The notes under the pieces: model-generated
Database searches by the model: none
What the model saw: the letters and a program-made list of their open reading frames with translations, nothing else
What the model was told of the DNA's origin: nothing
Program-made: the position numbers and the translations under genes
Part shown: positions 25,441 to 37,586 of the stretch, piece after piece
Numbering within the stretch: the stretch's first letter is position 1
Layout: each line of letters begins with the position of its first letter
Assembly (NCBI GenBank): GCA_964016885.1
Contig: OZ024740.1
Span: 90,024,001 to 90,088,000 of the forward strand
DNA length: 64,000 nucleotides
Source: Eledone cirrhosa
Taxonomy: Eukaryota
Direction: 5' to 3'

Positions 25441-26244
25441 CGTATTTCATTGTTATTTAATAGAATGTATATATTCCAATGACGGATTTATAAGTATTCA
25501 TATATTTAACACACGTTGCGAAATGAAAGTAAATCCAAGATACAGAATTAAGGGACAAATTATTTCAAGAGAAGAAATAATTTCCGAGAAAGCAACAACG
25601 ATATTTGATACACTATTACATATATGAAATCATATTCAAAGCACTCAATATGTATTCATTCAACCATACACTAGTAAAAATATATGAACATATTTCACAC
25701 AAGATATGTCATAGAATACCAATATAGCTGATAATCAGGAATAGAGCTCCTTGAAAGACAACCGGCGTAAATCTAGTGGGTATAGATAATCATTGAATAA
25801 TGGATATTTCGCATTCTCTAAAATAAAATAGACTCATTGATATGAACCAAGTATAGAACATCTAACTTGGTTCTCACATTAAAGGGAAAATCAACCAACT
25901 GTACTTCAATAACCCACTATATTTGAAGCATATTTCCTGTAGTCTTCATTCCGCACAAAACAAGAAGTTTCTTCTTCTTCTTCTTCTTCTTATTCTTCTT
26001 ATTCTTATTATTATTATTATTATTATTGAATGCCATGGTTGACGGAGGCTCGGCTCTGTAAGGTATAGTAATTTTTAACCGTTAAAACAATTGTAAATTG
26101 TTTAAAACTTGAACCAAATTGTTGATAAAGACACCCTCCTCCTCGTGAGAGGGGTCTTTCTGTCCGTTATTTGGCCCTTCGGGGTTAAATAACCAGTTAT
26201 TGGGGGTTTTGTACCCAAAATTTCATTTTAAACAAAAAAACAAC

Positions 26245-28342
26245 ATGGCTACGAAAAAGAAATTTCATACGTCACTCCCACTCATTCCGTCTTCTTCTTC
26301 CTCAATCATCACTACAGCAGAGAGAAGATTGTCTCTCTCCCTCCCTTCTTTAAATGTGTCTCTCTCCCTCCCTTCTCTTTCGCAAGTGACGAAAGAAAAG
26401 AAAAGTCTCGTGCAAAGCGTGCAAGGTTTCTCCACGACGACGACGACAGCGACGAAACAGGTGTGCGGGAAATACGAAAACCCAGTTCATTCGTCTGACG
26501 TCAGGAATAATAGCAGTAGCAGCCGTAATAACAACTGCAACAGTGACAATGAAAACAACAGTAGCAGCCGCAACAGCATCACCAGCAGCATAAACAACAA
26601 CAGCATTAGCAGCAGCAACACCAACAACAACCACAGCAACAGCGGCGGAGGCAGTAGTCGTAGTACCTGCAGCAACAACAAAAGTACCAGCAGCTCTGAC
26701 GACAACAACAACAGCAGAGAAAAACCAATCTCATTTGCAGGTATTGCGAAAAACTTGGAAACAATCCTCATAACAAATGAGGAATTAGAGGAAGCGAAGA
26801 AGATGGTGACAAAGAACGGACACCGAGCAATCTGCAAGGCAGCGGAAAAATTTTTCAAAACCCAAGAGCACTGTACGGTCACGTACCGTACAGTAAGTAC
26901 AAAATCCCGTAGGGTGGAAAGAGCCACAGAGGCCCAAATACAAAAAGCCTTGGGGTCTGTGTGGCAGCGGAAAACGCACATCACCCGAGGCAAAAAAATA
27001 TGCCACCGTAGACGTACTTTTTGCCACACCCCAGGAGGCAAAGGCCCAATCAGTAGTGACCCTAAGGAGCGAGGAAATGGTGTTGGTGCCCTCCTACTGC
27101 GGGCAAAAAATTGTGAGGGTCAAACTGACCCACGTCCCCCCCGGAATGACCCCTTCTTGGCTGGCCGCGTCTGTCCTAATCGGAATCGAGGACAAAACAA
27201 CTGTACTGCAAGTACAGAAAAAAGTAAGAGAAGATTGGGTCGGCTCCTCCATTGAGATGCTAATCCAAACCAACCAGGAGTGCATCGAAGCTATCCCGGA
27301 TGTGATAGACTTCGATAACGGCACTCAACTGCCCATAAGTGTTGAGGGCAAACGCCCGAAATGCTTTCGCTGTGGATCGAAGACTCACCTCAGGGCCTTC
27401 TGCAACGAGAAGACCCTGAGAAAGGAGAAAACCCCCCTCCTTCCGAATCCGGCTCCACCGCTACCAGCAACAGGACAAGCGGCAACCAGGAACGATAGGT
27501 CCGTGGCACCCATACCCACGCCACGGAAATCAAAAACAGCAGCAGCAGTGGAAATATTAACAACAACAACAGCAATACCAAATGCAGCTGCAACAGAGAC
27601 TCCAGTGCAAACATCACCAACAACAACAAGTGAAAGAGTGGAGCTGGTACCCCTCCCCGACCTCACAGAATCAGACATGGAGTGTGAGGTGGGAGAGGGA
27701 TGGCAAAAGGTCGCAAGAAGGCACAAACGCAGAAGCAGCGCATCGTCGCCTTTGAAAAGGGAGGAAAGAAATGAGAAAAGGGTAAAGTCTACTGCAAAGA
27801 GACCCACAGCAGCAACAACACCAACACCATCACCACCCACACTAGCACCACCATCACCACCGGCGACAACCCCACCGCCAACAACACCTTCAACTCCACC
27901 ACCACAAGCACCAACATCGCAAACACAACAACAAAACACACACACCCAGCAACAACGACAAGAAAATAGCAGAACCACACCCCACCCCCAGAAAAACAAA
28001 TGCACGGCAATAAATACACACAACAAGAAACTAATGACTTACATAATTGAACACACAGACATTTCACAACAGGACTACATAATACCAGCACCAATCAAAA
28101 CGCCAACTAACATAAGACTGCTAAAAATAGCACAGAAACAATACACAAACATTAAAACGAAATTCCCCAACGCAGTTGGTGATTTCAGGGACCTAGGAGG
28201 AACCATCAATCGAAGAGTATACTCAGACATTCTCTTAGAAGAGCCGACGACCAGCCGAAGGGACGATTCAACGGTCCCTTCACCAGACGATCAAGTGAAA
28301 ACGGATGTAAAAACCATCCCTCCTCTACCAAAAGTACGGTAA
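26245..28342 (+). CDS. Tx1 ORF1 (gag-like nucleic-acid chaperone), split by a single-base frameshift in A7 at 26992-26998
   Basis: Removing one A gives HITRGKKYATVDVLF...TLRSEE, matching YLQRGNQYGSVSVLF in the minus-strand copy; knuckle CFRCGSKTHLRAFC. Confidence 0.85.
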
Positions 28343-28377
28343 GTGGTCTTTCCCATCTTTTCCACTCTATTTTAAAC

Positions 28378-31300
28378 ATGACCTCACTCAGAATAGGCAG
28401 CATAAATGCGCGTGGCTTGGGGTCGTCATGGAAGCAGGGTCAACTGCTCAACGACCTCAGGTCACTAAACATAGATGTAGTGGCCATCAGCGAGACCAGA
28501 ATCTCCGAAGCACGGGCCTTCGTACCGATCTTCGGCGGCTACGATGTGTACGCATCTCCCAGCCGTCCTGGATCGGGTGGAGGAGTTGCTGTGCTTTTTC
28601 GGAGAGGTTTGGATCTCGCCATACGGGCCATCTTCCTGGACCCAGAGGGTAAGCTGGTGGTGCTGGACGTGACCAGCGGAGACGGGCAAGCCTTCAGGCT
28701 AGTGGCCGTCTATGCCCCGACAGGAGCAGGGCGGCCTGATTTCTTCCGGCGTCTGGAGACCTTTCTTGGAACGTCCCGCTCTTTAGTGTTAGTGGGCGAC
28801 TGGAACGGGATCTTAGATGCACGCTGGGACTGTGTGGGATTAGCGGATAGGGGTGGAGGGTGCAAGAGCCTCACCAACCTGCTCAGGCGTTTTGAACTGT
28901 CTGACAGGTACCGATTGGATTTCCCGAATGTGCCAATGTGGACTTGGACAAACCGCATAGGGTCATCCAGATCATATCTAGATAGAGTATTTTGTAGGGA
29001 AATAGATAGGTCTAGCATAGGCTGTCCACAATTCAAGATAGTCAGCTACACGGACCACCAATTCGTGACCTGTGTGCTTGACTTAGATAGGCTTCATAGA
29101 CGAGGACCCGGCTACTGGAAGCTAAACGCGTCCTTACCAGCGCGCAAGGCCTACAGAGACCGGATTAGCGAACTAGTTAAGCGGGCGTTGACGGGGGCCA
29201 TCGTCAACAACAAGTGGTGGTTTGCTCTGAAAAGAGCGATTAGAATAGAATCGATTAGGTTTAGTAAGGCTTTAGCAATAGAGAAAAATAGAGCAGAGGG
29301 AGAACTAGTTAGAAAATTAGACGAGGCGCTTAGCAAAGGCATTGCGACCGACGTGCTTGCGGCGAAATTGGCCCTTGACCAATTCTTCAATGCAAAGCAC
29401 GAAGGCTGCGTTGTCAGAGCTAGGGTGCGTGCTCTCAGACACGAGGGGACGAAAGCCGTTCAATGGGCCCGAGTGGCGGAGGCGCGTCGTGGCAACAAAG
29501 CCACGATCCGGTCTTTGGTGGACCACGACGGGCGCATGCTACTCGATCCCGGGCAAATGTGTGAAGCTTTTCAGCGACACTTCGCTCAGCTGTTCGGGGG
29601 CAGCGGTGGGCCGGGTAGAGGGATGGACTTTAGTGTCTACCTCGACGGACTGCCGCGGCTCTCGGCCACTGAGGCGAAGTGTTGCGAAAAGCCGATAACA
29701 GCCGCTGAAGTAAGGGAGGCAATGACTGGCTGCACAAGGGGTAAATCGCCTGGTTTGGATGGTCTGCCCTATGAACTTTACGTACAGATGCCAGACTTGT
29801 TCGGAGGCCTCTTGGCGGACGTCTACTGCAACTGGCAACAGAACGGGAGAATTCCCAGTTCTGTGAGCCGAGGAGCGGTGGCACTGCTGAGAAAGGATCC
29901 GAACAAGGGGGATAACATAGACAATTTCCGGCCCATAACTCTGCTAAACACAGAGTTTAAGATTTTGGCCAAGGTGCTAGCAAAGAGGTTGGCGCTTGTC
30001 GTTGGTGGTCTGGTGGGAGAGGCGCAGACATGCGCCATTCCCGACAGATCCATCCACGACAACCTCCACCTCATGCGATACATCGTAGAGAGGGTAGCTA
30101 GGGAACCTGGCACGGGTGGGTCCTTGATCAATTTAGATCAGTCGAAAGCTTTCGATAGGGTCGACCATCGTTACCTAGCGGCAGTCCTGAGGGCGGCTGG
30201 CTTTGGGCCCGTCTTCAGAGGCTGGATCGCTGCCATGCACAGCGACATCTGCTCTGTGGTGAGAGTGAACGGTCACCTGTCGGAACCGTTCAACATCATG
30301 CGCTCGGTCCGCCAAGGATGTCCCCTCTCGTCCCTCTTGTACGTATTGACTCTCGAGCCATTACTGCACAAACTGGAGACGTTGAGGGGAGTCCCGCGCG
30401 AACTAGGATGCGGAAGATCCGTGTCAGCATATGCGGACGATGTCACCGTAGTGGTGTCGAACGCCAAACACATCGAGGCGATCGGCACTACACTAAGAGA
30501 ATACGAAGCGGTGACAGGAGCAATGATCAACCAGGAAAAGTCAGTGGGCCTGCAGCTCGGCACCTGGAGAGGCAGGTCCATGCCGTCCAACAGCGTCGTC
30601 GGGCGCTGGACGGACGGACCGGTTAAATTGCTAGGGGTCTGGTTCGGTCCGGACCTCCAGACGGACAAAAACTGGGACGAGGTGACGAGCAGGGTGGCTT
30701 CTCTCACCCAGAAATGGGCGGAGAGGAAGCTATCCCTGAAAGGTCGAGCGGAGGTGGCTAACGCGTACATCGCGTCTGTCATCTGCTACCGCCTAACCGT
30801 CGTACCTTGTCCTAAGCCTCGCCTGACTGCGCTGGAGCGTTTGCTCTTTCGCTTTTTGTGGATGGGACGTGCTCCGATGGTCAGGCGGTCCATCTGTTGT
30901 CAACACCCGCTACGTGGAGGGCTGGGCATGCCGTGGCTGATGATGCGCAGGCACGCGCTCAGGCTACGACATCTCCACCTCTTCCTCGACGGTGATCAGG
31001 TGTGGTCGCCGTTTGCTAGACGCGTTTTTCCCCAGCTCGTTTCCTTGACGGAGCTGCAGTCCTGGGTCAAGCGAAGACCGAGAGGGAGCGCCTGGAGACT
31101 GGAATGTCTTCAGGCGCTCACAGCCCTCGACCAATCGGGCAATGTGATCGGTGGAAACTCCACCTCAGCGTTCTATAGAGGATTAGTGGAGGGGAAGAGC
31201 GACGACGTACTTGGGGAAACTCTAGGCGTCGACGAAAATCAACTAGCCAATCTCTTCGGAAGAACTTTCGGGCCAGGGCCTATGGACAACTTCCAGAAAT

Positions 31301-31797
31301 CTCTGGCCTGGCAGTGCTACCGAGGAGCCTTGCCAGTTCGGGATAAACTCTACAGGCATGGAGGTGCCGTCAGCCGGGCATGTCCGAGATGCGCGCAGGG
31401 CGACGAAACCGTCCTGCACGCACTCGTCCAGTGTCCGAAAATTGCTGACTTGTGGGTTTATGTCGAACACCTGCTGTCGCGTTTAGGACGGATCCAGCTA
31501 TCATCTGAGTCTATCGTGAGGATTGCCCCGCCCTCCTCCTTTAGCCGGGAAGGGCAGGCAGTTTTTATCTGTCTGGTGGCCATGGCGAAAGAGATAGTAT
31601 GGTGGACACGTTTGAAAGGGCTGAAGACGAGCACTTACCTCTTCGGTGATGCTCTGATTGACTTTTTCAAATTTCATTTGAAAAGGAAAATCAGAGTAGA
31701 GAAGGAAGTGCTCTCTTCCCAGCATTTTGTTGAAAGATGGGTGAGAGAAGCAAGAATGGCCCGAGTGAATGGGCCGACTCTGAGTATATATCTGTAA
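28378..31797 (+). CDS. Tx1 ORF2: AP endonuclease + reverse transcriptase + C-terminal zinc finger, 1139 aa
   Basis: SINARGL, ISETR, VYAP, VGDWN, SYLDR, TDH; KSPGLDG, FRPITLLN, LDQSKAFDRVDH, RQGCPLS, AYADD, KLLGV; CPRC-x8-HALVQC. Confidence 0.97.
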   Translation: MTSLRIGSINARGLGSSWKQGQLLNDLRSLNIDVVAISETRISEARAFVPIFGGYDVYASPSRPGSGGGVAVLFRRGLDLAIRAIFLDPEGKLVVLDVTSGDGQAFRLVAVYAPTGAGRPDFFRRLETFLGTSRSLVLVGDWNGILDARWDCVGLADRGGGCKSLTNLLRRFELSDRYRLDFPNVPMWTWTNRIGSSRSYLDRVFCREIDRSSIGCPQFKIVSYTDHQFVTCVLDLDRLHRRGPGYWKLNASLPARKAYRDRISELVKRALTGAIVNNKWWFALKRAIRIESIRFSKALAIEKNRAEGELVRKLDEALSKGIATDVLAAKLALDQFFNAKHEGCVVRARVRALRHEGTKAVQWARVAEARRGNKATIRSLVDHDGRMLLDPGQMCEAFQRHFAQLFGGSGGPGRGMDFSVYLDGLPRLSATEAKCCEKPITAAEVREAMTGCTRGKSPGLDGLPYELYVQMPDLFGGLLADVYCNWQQNGRIPSSVSRGAVALLRKDPNKGDNIDNFRPITLLNTEFKILAKVLAKRLALVVGGLVGEAQTCAIPDRSIHDNLHLMRYIVERVAREPGTGGSLINLDQSKAFDRVDHRYLAAVLRAAGFGPVFRGWIAAMHSDICSVVRVNGHLSEPFNIMRSVRQGCPLSSLLYVLTLEPLLHKLETLRGVPRELGCGRSVSAYADDVTVVVSNAKHIEAIGTTLREYEAVTGAMINQEKSVGLQLGTWRGRSMPSNSVVGRWTDGPVKLLGVWFGPDLQTDKNWDEVTSRVASLTQKWAERKLSLKGRAEVANAYIASVICYRLTVVPCPKPRLTALERLLFRFLWMGRAPMVRRSICCQHPLRGGLGMPWLMMRRHALRLRHLHLFLDGDQVWSPFARRVFPQLVSLTELQSWVKRRPRGSAWRLECLQALTALDQSGNVIGGNSTSAFYRGLVEGKSDDVLGETLGVDENQLANLFGRTFGPGPMDNFQKSLAWQCYRGALPVRDKLYRHGGAVSRACPRCAQGDETVLHALVQCPKIADLWVYVEHLLSRLGRIQLSSESIVRIAPPSSFSREGQAVFICLVAMAKEIVWWTRLKGLKTSTYLFGDALIDFFKFHLKRKIRVEKEVLSSQHFVERWVREARMARVNGPTLSIYL

Positions 31798-32058
31798 ACT
31801 AAAGGTGGAAAACTGGGAGAGGGCACTTGCCTTGGTGGTCAGGGTCATTGTGGCTTTTTACTGGGCTTTCTCCACAAATGTCCCTCCGAAGTCTCCCCCC
31901 TATTGGGGAATTTTTCATTGTTATTTTCATTGTTATTTTTGTTACATCCTCTGTTTTTGTTTTTTTTACACGCAGAAATGCCCATTTGTACCGTCCTGCA
32001 TTGTCCTGCACTGTCCTTAATGTCTACTTTATGTAAACCCTTGTGGTTAATAAATAAA

Positions 32059-32060
<2 letters not shown>

Positions 32061-32155
<95 letters not shown>
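32061..32155. repeat. (ATT)n tract shared by the convergent Tx1 and Dong 3' ends
   Basis: Direct reading. Confidence 0.96.
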
Positions 32156-35100
32156 GTTCTTTGAGTCTCAGTCATTGATGTTAGTTAACTGGAAAGTTTG
32201 TTGAAATGAATATCAAGCCACTACCTGCAGCCTCAGATGTTCAGGACGTATCGGAGGGTTCTGGCTGTTCCCAGCAAGCATGCCTTTTGAAGCGTTCCAA
32301 AAAGTGTGAAGGGGCGAATTTTCTTTAACAATCCCTGGAAACTTTTTGAGATAGTACCTAGTGAGCCTATGACAATCGGGACCACTTTGGCTTCATGGCA
32401 GTTCCAAATCCTTTTTACCTCCCACTTTAAGTCCTGGTATCAGTTAATTTTCTCCCTCTCCTTCTCTTGCACTCTCGTGTCGAATGTGCAGGCCACATCC
32501 ACAATCAGGCACAATCTTTTTTCTTTGTCCAAAACCACCCGCTCAGGTCTATTGTGTTCCAGTTTCTTGTCCGTCTGTATCCTAAAATCCCACAGCACCT
32601 TCACCTGATCGTTTTCTATCACCGACTCTGGCTTATGCTCATACCACCTCTCAGAATGTGGTAAATTGTTTACTTTGCAGAGGTGCTAGTGGATCACCCT
32701 GCCCATCACATCATGTCTCCAGCCCTTATAGTGAGTCTGGGCTACACTCGGATACAATGTGAGCCACAGTCTTCTCTCTCTCTCCACAGACCCTGCACAG
32801 TGGGCTAGCCTCCTCCTTGTAAATATGGTGTTTCAACCACTTCGTTTTGAGGGCCTGCTCTTGCGCAGCCATTAACATTCCTTCTGTAGCCTTTTTAAGG
32901 TCTCCTCTTTTCAACTAGTTCCATGTCTGTGGATCTCTGAATTCAGTTTTCTCAAAGAAGGTACTATGAAGGGATTTTTTTCCTGAAGGCTGCTCTTTCT
33001 CCTTGTTGTTATTTCCTCCCTGGACATCCCCTGGTCTATTGTCCTCTCCTTCAGTACAGTTCTGAGCATTGGCTCCTTACTATCAGTCACGTATTTGTGT
33101 AGGTTTTTTTTCTCCATCTGAACACAGTCCTCTATTCTGATAAGACCTCTTCCACTTTCAGATCTCCTTAAGTAGAGTCTATCGACATCACTCCTCTTGT
33201 GGAACATGTTGTAGATAGTCAATAATTTCCTAGTCTTCCTATCCATTTCTTTTTGTTCAGCAACATTCTATCTCAGAATTCACGCACTGTACCTAATAAT
33301 AGACAGAGCTCGGGAATTTACTGCCCTTATGGCATTCCTACTGTTCAGATGTGACCTTAATACGCTCCTTACTCTCCGAATGTATTCAGTTCTTATCAAT
33401 TCCTTCATTTTTTTGTTCTTGATGCCATCAGCCACTAGAACACCCAAATACGTGTATCTTTCTTCAATGTCAATTTCCCTTTATCATCTCACCTGTTGGA
33501 ACCTGGATTCTGCTGAATTTACCCCCCCCCCCCTTCATCACAAGGACTCCTCGCTTACTTATACCAAATAGCATACATATATCATTGCTGAAAATACGGA
33601 CAGAGTCAACAAGCACATCCAACTCCTTCTCGCTCTTCCCGAAGAGTTTAAGATCGTCCATGAAGAGGAGGTGATTGATGGTAAGCTCTCTCTTTCCCAA
33701 CTTGTAGCCTGCTCTCACTTTTCGCAGTATAATGGTCAGGGGCATCAGGGCAAGGACAAACAACAGTGGGGACAGACTATCTCCCAGGAAGATACCTCTC
33801 TTGATTTTCACGCCTCCCAAGATTTCTCCAGCTGCTGTTAACTCTGTTTCCCAGGACTTCATACTTTTGCCCAACAACTGTCTGATGTTATCTGCCACCT
33901 TGAAGATCCCCAGGCTTTTGGTGATCCAAGAATTAGGTACCATGTCAAATGCTTTTTTGTAGTCTATCCATCCCATGGCAAGACCAGTGTGTCTCTTCTT
34001 GCAATTCCTGATTACCATCTTATCAATAAGAGACTGGTTATTTGTACCACGGGACTTCTTTCGGCATCCTTTCTGTTCGTCCGGTAACAAGTTGTTTGTG
34101 TGGAGGTCATGGTAGATTTCCTCAGACATAATGCTTGTCAACACTTTCCACATTACGGACAGACATGTGATAGGTCTATAGTTGGTGACATCATTACCCT
34201 TGATTCGGTCCTTCATTACCAGAACTGTGGTACCTTTTGTCAACCACTCTGGTACCTCACCTGACATCAAGCAGTCATTGAACATGGTTGTCAGTTTCGG
34301 GTGGAGGGATGTTATATTTTTAATGTAATACCCCTGCACACCATCTGGGCCTGCTGATTTCCAGTTGGTTAGTTTTTTGGCCTGCCCCTTAAGAGTTTCA
34401 ACTGTGATACTCAAGTCAGTTTGTTGGTGTGCCTGTTCACTAATCTCCTTCTGTACTGTCTCAATCCACACTGCCTGGTCATTATGTCTAACATCATGCT
34501 CCCATATTCCTCTCCAGAATGTTTTAGTTTATTCCGCCTCAGTGATCAAGTCGTTGCCTCTTTCTTTCCCTTCAAGTTGTCCAAACAGCATCTTCTGGTT
34601 GTTGTCAAATATGCAGTTCTGTCTAGACTGACTGACTCTGCTCTCGTATCGCCTAATTGTTGCACTCTTTGCTACAATGCATTGCTTCCGTTCCTCTATG
34701 ATAATATCTAGCTTTTTCCTCCTAGTGTTGTACTTTATTTCCAGTCTATTTTTAGTGTCTATGTTTTTTAGTGTCCCATTCAGTAGGGACTCTAGCTTTC
34801 CAATGTCAGTTCTCATTTCCCTGATTTGACCACTCAGTCCATTCTTCCACCAAGGCTTTGATCTTTCTTGTTTGCTGTTTCCTCTCCCTTTTATACCAAG
34901 TAATTTCTTCACCGCATTTGCTGTTGCTTTGAGGATATTGTTGCACTGGTGAAGGCTCCATGCCTCAAGGTATGGGATGACTTTGTTTACCTTAGCTGTT
35001 CTTTCTTTAAACTTTTTCCTGTCTACAAATCTCAGGTTTCCCACTATCATTGTTCAATTCATCTACCACGAAGTTTAGAATATCAACCAAATCTTGTCCT

Positions 35101-35790
35101 AGCCCGTCAGCATTCATCTCCTCAATGGCCATATCTTTGTTCCAGGTATTATTTATTTCAGCATTCAGATCATTGTCTGCGTTCGTCCGTTCTCTCACCC
35201 TCTTCACCTTCATTTCCCACTGCGTTCCTCCGTTCTCTCACCCTCTTCACCTTCATTTCCCACTAGTTTGTTTGCCTGGCATACTCCACTCTCCATTTCC
35301 AAGCTAATCTCTCTGCCCAGTTCCTCCAGTTCCAGCTCGCTTATCCACCCATTAGTTCTTATTACCCGTGCCTGCCCGGCCAATTTTTGTTCATCTAATT
35401 TAAATAGACCAATCTCGTTCCAGAAGTTATGCATCCGTTTCCTATAGCCTTTCTTCTTGGGGTTACTCTTCAGGTAACATTGCATAACAGTTCTATTCAA
35501 TTCTTTCGTCCAGTTGGTTCTGGTCCCTTTCCTTATTCTTCATCCTCCGGCACCGGCAGTATTTGGTTAACAGCCAGGTCCCTGCTGCTGAGCCAGGGAG
35601 CACCTGCTGGGTGAGAGTCTGTCACATGACATACTAGTCTCCACTTCACCGTTATTCGAACTGTTTAGGTTCGACATTTAAACACTCTTATCGAGGATTG
35701 GTGAATGTATGGTTACATAACCACCGGTGATTTCATCACTCCCGGTGATGTTTGTGTGGCACTATCACGCTGTAGACGAACATAACTAAA
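32156..35790 (-). mobile_element. Near full-length degenerate R4/Dong-like retrotransposon (RT + restriction-like endonuclease)
   Basis: VMQCY..NP..KGYRKRM, WKSAGPDG, NYRPITCL, WIDYKKAFD, GIFLGDSLSP, LFMDDLK, CRVC..HIVSEC, WDFRIQTD..HNRP..D, VPIVIGSLG; ends in (AAT)n; many frameshifts and stops. Confidence 0.93.
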
Positions 35791-36764
35791 CAAACAAACA
35801 GGCAAAAAAAAAAAAAAAGAATAAGCATATGTTTCATTGTAATGTAATGTTTGACTGTCTGACTTAGTTTTTCCTTTCCCTTCTCTGCCCGTCTGTTTTT
35901 TTTCTCTTCATTTTTTTACGTGTTTCGTTGTTGCTGTGCTGCTTTGATTTTTGATTTTTGTTTTTTTGATTTTTTGACCGGGTCATCAAATCAGTCTATT
36001 TATATATTTTGATGCCTCCCTCTTTTAGTGGCGACACTACGATGCATGTCTTAGCAGGAGAAAGTGGGAGAGAATAGCGGCGGTAGTGATAATGAGGCAG
36101 TGGTGGGGGTGGTGGTGGTGGTGCTGTGCTACTAGTACTTAGAAGGAGGTAGTGGGAGAGAAAAGCTGCGGTTGCGATAATGAGGCAGTGGTGGTGGTGA
36201 TGTGATCGTAGTACTGTAGTGATGGTGTTGAAGTTGAAGTAGAAATAGAAGTTGAGGTAACTTGACTAGAGTTTTTAGCGTGGTAGTGGAGGTGGTGTTG
36301 GTGGTGAAATGATTTTCTCTGTCCACTTAGCCATTTAGCTATTTAGCTATTTAGCCATTTTGCATTTTCCTATTTTTCGACTATAACATTCCTGATCCAA
36401 AATTAAATATTAATATTGTCTAGTGATACCGCCACCTTCCCCGTTCGTAAGTTAACAGAAGGTAATGGGGGAATAGTGGTGGTAGTAATGAAGGAGTGGT
36501 GGCGGCGGTGATGGGATAGTGGTGGTAGTAATGAAGGAGTGGTGGCGGCGGTGATGGGATAGTGGTAGCAATGATGGATGGAATGTTGGCGGCGGTGACT
36601 ATAGTGATGGCGTTGTCGTTACTGAGTTTTGTTGAATAGATTGTATTTTTTTGTTATCTGTGTATCTATGCGGTTTGTCGCGTATGTTTAATATATGTGT
36701 TGACATATTTTCTTAATATTGGAATTAAACATTTTCTGAAAACTTGAGACAATAATTTTCATTT

Positions 36765-37101
36765 TTCATTTCATTTCATTTTACGTCCGCTTTTCCCTGC
36801 TTGCAAGGGTGGGACGGGAACTGATTCTGGCATGATTTCTACAGCTGGATGCCCTTCCTAACACCAACCTCATTTACAGTGAGTGCTGGGTGCTTTTTTG
36901 CCGTGGCACCTCCACGACCACTTTGCAGTGGAATGATAGAGACCCCAGTCCCTATCATCTCATTTCTACAGCTGAGTAAACTGGAGCAATGTGGAATAAA
37001 GTCTCTTGCTCAAGGAAACAACACATCACCCGGTCTGAGAATTGAACTCACAACCTTTCGATTGCAAGGCCAATGCTCTAACCACTAAGCCATGTGCCTC
37101 C
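36765..37101 (-). mobile_element. tRNA-derived CORE-type SINE with RTE-like 3' tail
   Basis: Minus strand: tggcttagtggttaga (A box), gagttcaattc (B box), tttccttgagcaagagact core, ttaggaagggcatccagctgtagaaa, (aaatg)n tail. Confidence 0.82.
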
Positions 37102-37547
37102 TAATTATTATTATTATGCTGGGATTGGTGGTGGATTGGTGCCTCCTAATTATTATTATTATGCTGGGATTGGTGGTGGTGGTGGTGGTGAAATTGCCGT
37201 TATCTGGCTGTTGTATTTAGTGTACACAGAGGGGTGATGGGATAGGTGGTGTATCTAGTTTGTGGTGTTGGTGAAATTGCTGTTATTTGGCTGTTCTATA
37301 TAGTGTAGACAGAGGGGGTGTTCTTCCATTTATAACCATTTTCTGTTTTGAATATAAAATGTATAATACAAAATTAAATATTTGAGCGATATAACAGGAT
37401 ATTATGGATCCGAATTTTCTGAGAGTTGACTCTTATGCTTTATGTATCATTTGTACTAAGAATTGTTATTTCACAATTGATTTAAATATGGTAAAAATCA
37501 AAAACTTACGGGAGCGATTTCATGACCTTCTATCCACCACGTGCGTC

Positions 37548-37586
<39 letters not shown>

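Larger units (their letters stand above)
26028..32060 (+). mobile_element. Full-length Tx1 (L1-clade) non-LTR retrotransposon in a (TTC)n/(TTA)n microsatellite
   Basis: 5'UTR, ORF1, 35-nt spacer, intact ORF2, 3'UTR ending ...taataaataaatc; (att)n on both sides. Confidence 0.96.

Noticed and set aside
25670-25745. Minus-strand CTGATTA...GAAA-tatg/cata-TA
   Set aside because: Core is mutated and stem I does not pair; too weak to call
26350-28094. Antisense ORFs over Tx1 ORF1 (and others over ORF2)
   Set aside because: Shadow frames of low-complexity or GC-rich coding sequence
35690-35790. HDV-like ribozyme at the Dong 5' end
   Set aside because: Only a simple hairpin (accgg..gtgat/atcac..ccggt) is visible; the nested pseudoknot could not be built by eye
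36060-36620. GGT-rich block with 39-bp and 8-bp tandem duplications
   Set aside because: Low-complexity slippage products with no further structure seen
37030-37101. tRNA gene
   Set aside because: A and B boxes run into SINE core and tail with no complete cloverleaf; it is a SINE head
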